Shown here: piece after piece, positions 1-9,071 of the stretch | Position numbering within the stretch: the first letter of the stretch is position 1 | Layout of the letters: each line of letters starts with the position of its first letter | DNA from: Synechocystis sp. PCC 6803 substr. PCC-P | Lineage (GTDB): Bacteria; Cyanobacteriota; Cyanobacteriia; Cyanobacteriales; Microcystaceae | Reading direction: 5' to 3' | DNA: 32,000 nucleotides | Assembly (NCBI RefSeq): GCF_000284455.1 | Contig: NC_017039.1 | Location: 690,001 to 722,000, forward strand | Position numbers and translations under genes: made by a program | The notes under the pieces: model-generated | Told to the model about the DNA's origin: nothing | The model's database searches: none | What the model saw: only the letters and a program-made list of their open reading frames with translations

Positions 1-354
1 CAGATCGTCGGGCCTCTCTTGCACCGTCTCCTGGAGCATAAGAATCTCTGGCGGATAGACCTGCTTCTTCTCTTCCTCAGTCAGGGGTTGGGGAATAGCG
101 GGGATTTCCTCCACCGCTGGTAAATTAGGCTGAATTTCCGCTAAAGCCTTACTGATGGTTTCGCCATAAATGCCGTCACTGTCCAACTCCTGGGCTTGAC
201 GATAGTATTGGGCCGCTTCCTCCCAAAAACCCTCTTGCTGGAGAGCACCGGCCAGGACGATCTGGGCAAATAGATCATCCGGGGCAGCCATGGCTGCTGC
301 TTGCAGTTCCAGAATCTCTTGGGAAAATTGGGGTTTAGTGGGGGTGCTAACCAT
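1..354 (-). CDS. 5' part of a CDS running off the window edge; probably the MCP-like receptor of the taxis operon
   Basis: My own minus-strand translation from ATG 354-352 is open to position 1 (118 codons: MVSTPTKPQFSQEILELQ...FWEEAAQYYRQAQELD...). It is absent from the ORF track because it is truncated. The product is inferred only from its position downstream of the PatA-CheY-CheW genes (taxD2 position in the remembered PCC 6803 tax2 locus). Confidence 0.5.
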   Translation of the reverse strand, partial: MVSTPTKPQFSQEILELQAAAMAAPDDLFAQIVLAGALQQEGFWEEAAQYYRQAQELDSDGIYGETISKALAEIQPNLPAVEEIPAIPQPLTEEEKKQVYPPEILMLQETVQERPDDL

Positions 355-500
355 GGCGATTAAAAGTAATTAAAAAACAATTGGGCAATGGGTCGGAACA
401 GTTTCAGGATTAACGATGAAAATTAAGACTCTGTTAAGGTGAAAAAGTAAGGATTAAGACCAAGATTAAGTTGAGCAAAAACTTTGGGGAGGCCCGATAA

Positions 501-968
501 CTATTTCTCCAATGGGTGAAGCGGTTTAATGGAACCCCCACCCTGGAGCCAGGCAAAAATTCGATCCACATCCAAAATCAGAATGGTTTCCCCGTCTTTG
601 TTGCCTTCTCCCAATAAAAAGGGCTCCCGCAGTGGCTTAATTTCCTCTGTACTAAAGCTAACAATGCCCTTCAATCCTTCGGCGATCGCCGCCACCTGGG
701 CAGATTCTCCCACCAGTACCACTGCTTTAGTATTGCTCAAGGTACGGTAATTGAGGGGGTTAGCCGTAGCCGGGGACAATAGGCGGGGCAAATCCATCAC
801 CCAAAGCAGATTTCCCCGTTGATTGCTCACCCCCAATAACTCCGGTCTTACCCCAGGAATGAGACAAAGGGAACTGAGGGGAAAGGACAACACCTCCCGG
901 GTTTTAGCTAAAGGAATAGCCACCGTCAGGGGCAGACCCAAATCAATCCAAAAATAGTCCTCTACCAT
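501..968 (-). CDS. taxW2: CheW-like coupling protein
   Basis: The 155-aa ORF is a single CheW-type domain (LLGVSNQRGNLLWVMDL ... ILILDVDRI). It is the third gene of a PatA-CheY-CheW string. The symbol comes from my memory of the PCC 6803 tax2 locus. Confidence 0.8.
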   Translation of the reverse strand: MVEDYFWIDLGLPLTVAIPLAKTREVLSFPLSSLCLIPGVRPELLGVSNQRGNLLWVMDLPRLLSPATANPLNYRTLSNTKAVVLVGESAQVAAIAEGLKGIVSFSTEEIKPLREPFLLGEGNKDGETILILDVDRIFAWLQGGGSIKPLHPLEK

Positions 969-1000
969 AACCTCATCACCGTAGTCAGCATTGGCAAGTT

Positions 1001-1384
1001 CTAGGAAATATAGGGCTTAACGGTTTTCATCAACTCAATGGGGCTATAGGGCTTAATCAAATAAGCATTACCCCCCTGGCGCAGGGCCCAAAAACGGTCG
1101 TAATCCTCATTTTTGGTGGAACAGAAGACAATGGGCACATCTTCTAGGGCCAATTCTCCCCGAATTTTGCGACATAGGTCATAACCACTAATATCCGGCA
1201 TAACGATGTCCAGCATAATTAGGTCAGGCACCGTATTTTTGTTTAACCATTCCAGGGCTTCATCGGCATTGTTACAAATGACAGCCTCTGTGCCCATGGA
1301 CTTTAAAAGCCCCTGAACCAATAACTGGTCAGACTTGGTATCTTCCACAACTAAAACAGTTTTCACTGGTATCCCCCTGGGCAA
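1001..1384 (-). CDS. taxY2: CheY-like single-domain response regulator
   Basis: The 127-aa receiver domain has an acidic pocket and phospho-acceptor context (VLVVEDT ... LIMLDIVMPDISGY ... STK ... YLIKPY). Confidence 0.88.
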   Translation of the reverse strand: MPRGIPVKTVLVVEDTKSDQLLVQGLLKSMGTEAVICNNADEALEWLNKNTVPDLIMLDIVMPDISGYDLCRKIRGELALEDVPIVFCSTKNEDYDRFWALRQGGNAYLIKPYSPIELMKTVKPYIS

Positions 1385-1472
1385 TTGCTAACGATGATAA
1401 TCATAGGATAGAAGAAGCAAATCAGTAATTAAAACTAACTTATACAAACAACTATCAGTAGTAATTAAGTAA

Positions 1473-2738
1473 TTAAACAGCTGCGGAGATAAAGCTCTGC
1501 ACTGTTTCCACTAATTCCTGGGGCTGGAACGGTTTGCAAATGTAGCCAACGGAGCCGTGCATTTTTGCTTTTACCCGGTCTAAAACTCCACTGCGGCCGG
1601 TCAACATGACAATGGGAATATGCTTGAGGGCTTCGGATTTATTGCAAATACTGCACAGTTGATAGCCGTCGATGTCGGGCATATTGATGTCCATTAAAAT
1701 CAGGGCCGGTTTGGCGTGCATCAAAGTAGTTAGGGCACTAGAGGCTTGTTTGATGTTGATCACCTTAAAACCCGTGGCTTCGAGGGCAAAGCTCACCACC
1801 CGTTGAATGGAAGGACTGTCATCCACACAGGCAATGACCGGGCGGTTATCCTCCTGCTCCGGTTCGTAGGGTCCCATGGTGATGAGACCTAGGCCCACTA
1901 GGGTTTTGAGAATAATGGCCACACTAAGGCTACTGGTGTGCAGAGACTCGGCAATTTCATACACACACATTTCCTGGGCGATTAATTCCGGCAATTTTTG
2001 GTAGCGGTTCAGCAAGTCACTGGTGATGTGTTCGAGCTTACATAGCCCAGGCAAGATGGTATCCACATTCTCGGCGATCGCCCGTTGGAAAGGGGAGTTG
2101 ATGACAGTACAAATTTTGAGCCAATGTTTGATTTCCTGGGCGGCAGGTTGCATTAACTGCTTGAAGTCCAGATAGAGCAGTAAACGATCTAGCCCCACCG
2201 TTTCCTCGAAAGTGCAAACCGGCTGGGACAGGGAAAGAATTTGGATCAAAGCTTCCTGGGTTAACTTGGCCAGAATGGAGCGGATTTCCTGAAAAGAAAA
2301 CTGCTGGGAATCCCACAACTCACAGAGGTACTGATAATCGCTGGTGATGGGCTGCTCAAGGCGAAGTCTTTTAGTGGGAGTGTAGCGTTGGAACAGATAG
2401 TTCAGCCTTTCCGATTGCCCTTGGTCACTTCCGGCATAGTGAATGCGTCCGTTGCCCAGATAGATCCGCCATTGGATGCGGGGATTGCCCTTGCTATGAA
2501 CGATCAATTTGCCAGAGCTCTCTTTGGCAATGAGGTTCTGTAAAACCTGGTACAAGTTAGGGCTTTCACTGGCGGAGGGGGGAGAAGCTTCCATAGCGTT
2601 CGGGGGAGATGGCAGGGGGTAGGCCAACCCTAGTGTGGTCTGATTCGTGGCCGGGGAAGAAGACAGGGGAGATTGCATGGGACAACAATGGCGGTTGAAC
2701 AAATAAAGTCCATCTAAGGTGAGAGCGAAACCTGTCAA
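1473..2738 (-). CDS. taxP2: PatA-subfamily response regulator (PATAN-type N-terminal region plus C-terminal receiver)
   Basis: The C-terminal REC domain (VIACVDDSPSIQ ... LILMDINMPDIDGY ... VMLTG ... YICKPF) follows an N-terminal region of about 290 aa, as in PatA-type regulators. The track start at 2738 is a TTG. The first ATG is M21 (2678-2676) and may be the real start. Confidence 0.85.
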   Translation of the reverse strand: MTGFALTLDGLYLFNRHCCPMQSPLSSSPATNQTTLGLAYPLPSPPNAMEASPPSASESPNLYQVLQNLIAKESSGKLIVHSKGNPRIQWRIYLGNGRIHYAGSDQGQSERLNYLFQRYTPTKRLRLEQPITSDYQYLCELWDSQQFSFQEIRSILAKLTQEALIQILSLSQPVCTFEETVGLDRLLLYLDFKQLMQPAAQEIKHWLKICTVINSPFQRAIAENVDTILPGLCKLEHITSDLLNRYQKLPELIAQEMCVYEIAESLHTSSLSVAIILKTLVGLGLITMGPYEPEQEDNRPVIACVDDSPSIQRVVSFALEATGFKVINIKQASSALTTLMHAKPALILMDINMPDIDGYQLCSICNKSEALKHIPIVMLTGRSGVLDRVKAKMHGSVGYICKPFQPQELVETVQSFISAAV

Positions 2739-3312
2739 TAATTATTAGCCCTAAAGTTAACTATTTTCTTAATCTTAAGTTAACTATAGTTGATCACTTT
2801 GCTATGGGAACAATGCAAATTAATGAGTAGAGTTTAACCCCATACTATTTCTAAAATCAAGCACCATTTCATCCCTTATCCCATTTCTTCAACGATCAGC
2901 CATGACTAATCGTTTTTGCTCTTCAATCTATGGGAAATCTATCCCTTGGGAAGTATCTATTGTTACATTTGCCATGATCAAATTCCCTTTTTTGATATAG
3001 GTTCAACTCTTTTTAGTTAAGTATCCCTAATTACTTAAGTAGGAGGAAAATCCCGAGTCGTCCCTCAAAAAGCTTTACTCTCAGACTGATTTTCGGTCTA
3101 ATGTTCTTATTATTAAAATAACATTTAAGGTCATTAGCTCTTAATTTTGGAAGTATTCCTATGGCCGGTGATGGAGATGGCAGGATTTTCTGCGGGCCCT
3201 GCTTAAGGGTAAGAAAAAACTGTTTGCTCCGTTTAATGAGTTCAAAATAACCGCCAACCCAATAAACTAAATGAGGATTCAATGGTTATTTTGAGTACCA
3301 AAAGTCTTTAGT

Positions 3313-5313
3313 CTAGGCTTCATTGGCCAACAATTCCCGGAAGCGAATTTCGTCTCGATGGGGGTCGGCATTACTAACCTTTAGGCTTAGGCGATCGCCG
3401 GGGGAAATGGGACGGTCAAAGCGATGGGGCAATTCAAGACCTAGTTCTTCAAGAAGAATTAAACCCAAGCCATCATCCTCCCGCAACCAACGGAGCATCA
3501 CCCCCTGCCACACCTCATTAATATTGCGCCGCAGAAACTCCAAGCTCCAGTAACGGTTAGTTTGCCGTTCCACCAACGTAGCTTCCTTGGAAGAGGGCAT
3601 AACGCTGTATAGAATTTCTTGTACCTGCTCCCCAGAGAAAGGCAACGGCTCCCCCCGTAGGTAGGCCTTCATTTGAAAATGGGTAATCAGATCAGTGTAA
3701 CGACGGATAGGGGAGGTGGCCTGGGAATACAAATCCAGCCCCAAACTAGCATGGCGACTGGGGGTAATGCCCACTTCACTACGGGGCATACAACGGCGTA
3801 CCGCACATTCCCGCACAGGGCCCGGCGGTAAAGACAACAACTCTTCATCGGAGGGTAACTCCGGCTGGGGTTGGCCCCGGAAGGGGACTGGGATGCCATG
3901 CTCTTGGCAAAAACGCCCCGCCACCTCCCCGGCCAAGATCATCATTTCCGCCACCAGTTGACGAGAAACGGAGGTTTCCTGGAGATAAATTTGCACTTCC
4001 TCGTCGGCATTAACTTTAATAATGGCTTCGGGCATTTTGATGGTGATAGCCCCCTGGGATTTACGCCATTGGGCCCGTTTTTTGGCTGCTTCGGCTAGGA
4101 GGGGCAATTCCGGTTCCCCTTGAATTTTCAGCACCAACATCTCATCCACATCTTCGTAGGTGAGGCGATAGGTAGGCTTAACCCAACTAGGGGCAATGGT
4201 AAAATCCCTCACTGCCCCCACCTCATCCAAAGTCACTCCAAAACTTAAGGCCACACATCTTTGCCCCTGGAGTAAACTCATCGGCCCCGTGGCCAACTCC
4301 GGCGGAAACATGGAAATCATGCCCGTGGGCAGGTAAAGACTGGTACTGCGTTTACGGGCTTCTAAATCCAGTTCATCGTTGGGACTCAACAACCGGGTGG
4401 GGTCGGCCACATGGATCCAAAGCCGATGGCCGCCGTCCGCCAAGGTTTCCACACTCAGACCGTCGTCAATTTCCGAAGTGCTTTCATCATCGATGGTGTA
4501 GGTCTTTAGGGTGGTCAGATCGAAGCGTTCTTGGTCGGGGTCGGGGGGAGGATTGGTTAGGTAAGCATGGGCCACATCGGATACCTTGGCGGGGAATTGG
4601 TTGGGGTAAGCACTACGACGCAAAAAGAGATTTTCATGGCGTTGCCAGATGCCTAATTCTATCAGGAGGTTTTGGGTTTCGTCGGTACGGCCAGGTTTAC
4701 CAAGGGTTTGGAGAATATCCAAAGCCTGGCGATGATTTTGTTCAGGGAAAAGGATAAATTTTTCCAACGCTTCCAACCGTAGGCGATCGCTCCCTTCCCA
4801 GGTAACTTTTTCCCCGGCCAGGGCTTGATTTACCCGGTCAATGAAACCCTGTTGCTCCTGTTCTTTTTGGGCTTGCACCCGCATTTGATGTTTAATTTCT
4901 TCGATTTGACTACTAGGGCGGGGTTCGTAATGATTGCCTTTTTGTTTGAAATAGAGTTTATCTTCTGCTAGCAGGGCATGGGCAGCATAGCATTGACTAG
5001 GACTTTGCTCAGAAAATAGCAATAGGGCCAAATCCGCCGGGGTGATGCTTTCCCCCTCTTCAATCAATAGTTCCCAGGCCACCTCCAAACTAGAGGGGTC
5101 GAGATACTGGTCCACTTCCCCTAAAAAACTAGGCAGATCATCGACGGTGTAGGGACCGCCGGGAATTTCATACTCCACCCGCTGGGGCTTCAGTTTATGG
5201 CTTTGGCCCTGTTGATCAATAACCACCCAATCTTTTTTGCCGTCCGGGCGATCGACCACCGCCAACCGCCGTTCTCCTTGATGCCGGAATTCAATTAGTT
5301 GTCCTTTTTCCAC
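3313..5313 (-). CDS. rnb: RNase II/R-family 3'-5' exoribonuclease
   Basis: The 666-aa ORF has RNB catalytic-domain signatures (TIDDESTSEIDDGLS; HASLGLDLYSQATSPIRRYTDLITHFQ) and an S1-like C-terminus. Confidence 0.92.
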   Translation of the reverse strand: MEKGQLIEFRHQGERRLAVVDRPDGKKDWVVIDQQGQSHKLKPQRVEYEIPGGPYTVDDLPSFLGEVDQYLDPSSLEVAWELLIEEGESITPADLALLLFSEQSPSQCYAAHALLAEDKLYFKQKGNHYEPRPSSQIEEIKHQMRVQAQKEQEQQGFIDRVNQALAGEKVTWEGSDRLRLEALEKFILFPEQNHRQALDILQTLGKPGRTDETQNLLIELGIWQRHENLFLRRSAYPNQFPAKVSDVAHAYLTNPPPDPDQERFDLTTLKTYTIDDESTSEIDDGLSVETLADGGHRLWIHVADPTRLLSPNDELDLEARKRSTSLYLPTGMISMFPPELATGPMSLLQGQRCVALSFGVTLDEVGAVRDFTIAPSWVKPTYRLTYEDVDEMLVLKIQGEPELPLLAEAAKKRAQWRKSQGAITIKMPEAIIKVNADEEVQIYLQETSVSRQLVAEMMILAGEVAGRFCQEHGIPVPFRGQPQPELPSDEELLSLPPGPVRECAVRRCMPRSEVGITPSRHASLGLDLYSQATSPIRRYTDLITHFQMKAYLRGEPLPFSGEQVQEILYSVMPSSKEATLVERQTNRYWSLEFLRRNINEVWQGVMLRWLREDDGLGLILLEELGLELPHRFDRPISPGDRLSLKVSNADPHRDEIRFRELLANEA

Positions 5314-5391
5314 CGGAATGCCTTTGCTCTGTCACAATTACTCTCCCGTTATTTTGGCACAGGGGTTACTCCCCCTTGGGTTTTTGGCTGC

Positions 5392-5976
5392 CTAATTACT
5401 TTGATAATCAGGTTCATTGCCGGGTTTCCATTTAATGTTGCAACCAATGCTGGGCTTTTGTTCCGTCGGCACAGGACTGCCGGCCAGCACTAGATCCATG
5501 GCCTGTCTCAGGTCCACTCCGGTAACGGGCAAACCATTGCTAGGGCGACTGTCATCTAACTGGCCCCGGTAGGCCAATTTCCCCTGGGCATCAAACAAAA
5601 AGAAGTCGGGGGTGCAGGCTGCTCGGTAGGCCTTGGCGATCGCCTGGGTTTCGTCGTACAGTACCGGGAAGCAATAGTCCCAATCCTGGGCCATTTTTTT
5701 CAGGCCTGGGGGAGCGTCATCGGGGTATTTTTCTATATCGTTAGCGCTGATGGCCACCATGGCTAAACCAGAGTTTTGGTAATCCTTCCCCAACTGACTT
5801 AACTGGGCCTGGATGTGTTTGACAAAGGGACAATGACAACAGATGAACATTACCAATAGCCCTTTTTCTCCCATGGCTTCCCCTAGGGTGAGGGGCTGTT
5901 CCGCAGTCACGTCCCAAAGGGAAAAGTCCGGTGCTTGGGTACCAAGGGCAAGCATGGTGGAGGGAGTTAAAACCAT
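5392..5976 (-). CDS. Thioredoxin-fold thiol-disulfide oxidoreductase (AhpC/TSA-like)
   Basis: The 194-aa ORF has a redox motif context (LLVMFICCHCPFVKH) and lies 78 bp upstream of rnb on the same strand. Confidence 0.78.
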   Translation of the reverse strand: MVLTPSTMLALGTQAPDFSLWDVTAEQPLTLGEAMGEKGLLVMFICCHCPFVKHIQAQLSQLGKDYQNSGLAMVAISANDIEKYPDDAPPGLKKMAQDWDYCFPVLYDETQAIAKAYRAACTPDFFLFDAQGKLAYRGQLDDSRPSNGLPVTGVDLRQAMDLVLAGSPVPTEQKPSIGCNIKWKPGNEPDYQSN

Positions 5977-6076
5977 AGTTAGAGCAGTTCGTTACATTTT
6001 GTTAATCAAAGACCCAAGCTATCATGGGGGTTGGAGTTTTTCCCCTCTGCTGGAATTTTTTTAGTTTAAAACGTCC

Positions 6077-8074
6077 ATGAGTCATCGTCCCCGTTCCGAT
6101 CGCCATAGTTTCTCCAGCCCTAGCCGCTTTTGGCACCGTTTGGGGATGGGTTTACTGGTAGCTGGCACCCTAGCCCTACCGGTATCTACCCTGGCCCAGG
6201 AAGGGGGAGAAGGGGCCCAACCCAAGGCCAGTCCCAGTCCCATCCAATCCCCTAACTCCAGCAATGGAGAAGCCACACCCCGCTCCTTTTTTAACTCTGG
6301 CTCCCCCCGGTCTGCTGAACCGAAAATGAACTATGGGCAGTTGATCGATGCCATTAAAGCTAATCAAGTGGCCAAAGTGGAAGTGGACACTAACCGCCGC
6401 CAGGCGATCGTTACCCTCAAGGATGCTCCCCCAGGGTCCAAGCCCCAAACCGTGCAGTTACTAGACAATAATCCAGAGTTGCTCAACCTCCTGCGGAGCC
6501 GTTCCGAAACCATCGATTTAGACATCAACCGCACCCCGGATAATTCGGCCCTGTATGGTCTACTAACCAATTTGCTGGTGGTGGCTATTCTGATCGGTTT
6601 GGTGGTGATGGTGGTGCGACGTTCTGCCAATGCGTCGGGTCAGGCCATGAGTTTTGGCAAATCCAAGGCCCGGTTCCAAATGGAAGCAAAAACCGGTGTC
6701 GGCTTTGACGATGTGGCCGGCATTGACGAAGCGAAGGAAGAATTGCAGGAAGTGGTAACTTTCCTCAAGCAACCGGAAAAATTTACCGCCATCGGCGCAA
6801 AAATTCCCCGGGGTGTTCTACTCATCGGCCCTCCCGGTACGGGCAAAACCTTATTAGCTAAGGCGATCGCCGGGGAGGCGGGGGTGCCATTTTTCAGCAT
6901 TTCCGGTTCAGAATTTGTGGAAATGTTTGTCGGGGTGGGGGCTTCCCGGGTCAGGGATTTATTCAAAAAAGCTAAGGAAAATGCCCCCTGCCTAGTATTT
7001 ATCGATGAAATTGATGCGGTGGGTCGACAACGGGGTGTGGGCTATGGCGGCGGCAACGATGAACGGGAACAAACCCTCAACCAATTGTTGACGGAAATGG
7101 ATGGCTTTGAGGGCAACAGCGGCATCATTGTCATTGCGGCCACCAACCGCCCCGATGTGCTGGATTTGGCCCTTTTGCGGCCAGGACGGTTCGATCGCCA
7201 GGTGACGGTGGATTACCCCGATGTCCAGGGCCGGGAATTAATTTTGGCAATCCACGCCCAAAACAAAAAATTGCACGAAGAGGTGCAGTTAGCGGCGATC
7301 GCCAGGAGAACTCCCGGATTTACGGGGGCAGATTTGGCCAACGTGTTAAATGAAGCGGCCATTTTCACCGCTCGGCGGCGCAAGGAGGCCATCACCATGG
7401 CGGAAGTGAATGATGCCATTGACCGGGTGGTGGCGGGGATGGAAGGTACACCCCTAGTGGATAGTAAAAGTAAACGCTTAATTGCTTACCATGAAGTGGG
7501 CCACGCCTTGATTGGCACCCTCTGTCCTGGCCACGATCCGGTGGAAAAAGTTACCCTCATTCCCCGGGGCCAAGCCCAAGGTTTGACCTGGTTCACCCCT
7601 GATGAAGACCAAAGCCTCATGACCCGCAACCAAATGATTGCCCGCATTGCAGGATTGTTGGGGGGGAGGGTGGCCGAAGAAGTTATTTTTGGCGACGACG
7701 AGGTGACCACCGGAGCCGGTAACGACATTGAAAAAATCACCTACCTAGCCCGACAAATGGTGACGAAACTGGGCATGTCTTCCCTGGGTCTAGTGGCCTT
7801 GGAAGAGGAAGGCGATCGTAACTTTAGCGGCGGAGATTGGGGCAAGCGTTCCGAATATTCCGAAGACATTGCCGCCCGCATTGACCGGGAAATCCAAGCC
7901 ATTGTCACCGCTGCCCACCAACGGGCCACCCGCATTATTGAAGAAAATCGTAATTTAATGGATTTACTAGTCGATGCGCTCATCGATCAAGAAACCATTG
8001 AAGGGGAGCATTTTCGGCAACTGGTGGAAAGTTATCAACAATCTCAAAAACAGCCTGCTCTAGCCGGTAAGTAG
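6077..8074 (+). CDS. ftsH: ATP-dependent zinc metalloprotease FtsH
   Basis: Walker A is [13 protein letters not shown] and Walker B is LVFIDEIDA. The second region of homology and the HEVGHAL zinc site are present, with an N-terminal TM helix. 665 aa. Confidence 0.97.
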
Positions 8075-8089
8075 CCCCCTATCTGTGCA

Positions 8090-8560
8090 ATGTCCGATCC
8101 TCGTACAATCTATTTTCAACCCAGAAAACCGGAAAACTCCCCCAAGGGCGGTAAATTTTGGGGTGTATTACTATGGCTTAGTTTGCTCAGTATGATGCCG
8201 GTGCAGGGTTGTGCCCCTGCTGACCAAGGTTTATCCCCGGAAGGGCAAAACTCCCCTGCCATTGCCACCCCGTCTTCTTCCCCTAGTTCTTTAATTTCCC
8301 AATCCCCCATGCTTCCCCAGGCGATCGCCGACAAAATTATTGCTGACCTTGCTCAACGTACCGGCGAACCGGCCAGTGCGTTTGCAGTCCAGTCCTCAGA
8401 AAACAAAACCTGGCCCGATAGTTGCCTCGGCTTGGCCCAGGAAGGGCAAATGTGTGCCCAGGTGATGACCCCAGGCTGGCAAGTGACGGTGCAATCGGGG
8501 CAAAAAAATTGGGTTTACCGCACTAACCAAAATGGCCGCACTATTTTATTGGAATCCTAG
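8090..8560 (+). CDS. Hypothetical exported protein or lipoprotein
   Basis: The 156-aa ORF starts 16 bp after the ftsH stop. It has a hydrophobic N-terminal segment ending in a lipobox-like VQGC. I recognise no domain. Confidence 0.55.
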   Translation: MSDPRTIYFQPRKPENSPKGGKFWGVLLWLSLLSMMPVQGCAPADQGLSPEGQNSPAIATPSSSPSSLISQSPMLPQAIADKIIADLAQRTGEPASAFAVQSSENKTWPDSCLGLAQEGQMCAQVMTPGWQVTVQSGQKNWVYRTNQNGRTILLES

Positions 8561-8775
8561 CTCCCAGCAGGGATTTTCTTTAACTCGGTCAACACTAATG
8601 ATTTAACAAACCGGGGCTTAGGTCCCAAATAGTTGCGGAGATTTTTGGCGATCTACAGCAATGCTCCCAGCATCTGTCTTGGGCAGGACTTTTCCATAGG
8701 TTGCATGGAATTTAATCAATGGTAAGTGATTATACTCACAATTATTCCAGTGATTTTTGATATTTATTCTGAACA

Positions 8776-8794
8776 GATAATGCTAACTTAATAG
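8776..8794. promoter_or_regulatory. Fur-box-like site upstream of feoAB
   Basis: GATAATGCTAACTTAATAG matches GATAATGATAATCATTATC at 10/19 positions, with the left half 7/7. The surrounding 8725-8815 is AT-rich with several (G/A)AT(A/T)AT hexamers. Confidence 0.35.
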
Positions 8795-8824
8795 TTGAGA
8801 ATTATTTGCAGTTTTGGGAAAACC

Positions 8825-9064
8825 ATGACGTTATTGGATTTATCGGTGGGTCAGTTGGCTTTTGTGGAGAAAATTTTACTAGGAAACCACGGTCAGGGGT
8901 TAGTTAATCGCCTAGAAGCAATGGGAATAATTCCTGATAAACCAATTCAATTGCTCCGCAAGGCTGGTTTGGGGGGACCACTCCACCTCCGCATTGGTAG
9001 CACCACCGAAGTGGCCATGCGCCGTAGTGAAGCCCAATTGGTGCAGATTACCTTAGGAGAGTAG
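8825..9064 (+). CDS. feoA: Ferrous iron transport protein FeoA
   Basis: This is a small SH3-like FeoA pattern (MTLLDLSVGQLAFVEKI ... GIIPDKPIQLL ... LRIGSTTEVAMRRSEA) immediately upstream of feoB. The track ORF starts at a TTG (8795). I prefer the in-frame ATG at 8825. Confidence 0.85.
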   Translation: MTLLDLSVGQLAFVEKILLGNHGQGLVNRLEAMGIIPDKPIQLLRKAGLGGPLHLRIGSTTEVAMRRSEAQLVQITLGE

Positions 9065-9071
9065 GGCGGAG

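Noticed and set aside
3031-3282. 83-aa minus-strand ORF in the rnb / PatA-gene spacer
   Set aside because: It is AT-rich and low-complexity (K/L/I/F-rich), with no recognisable motif or ribosome-binding context. It lies in what looks like promoter or leader DNA and is most likely a chance ORF.
6082-7983. Series of 64-108-aa antisense or off-frame ORFs inside ftsH, with similar sets inside feoB, slr1393, rnb and the SpoIID gene
   Set aside because: All are nested in strongly supported genes and have Arg/Pro/Ser/Gly-rich low-complexity products, which is typical of off-frame reading of GC-biased codons. None has independent evidence.
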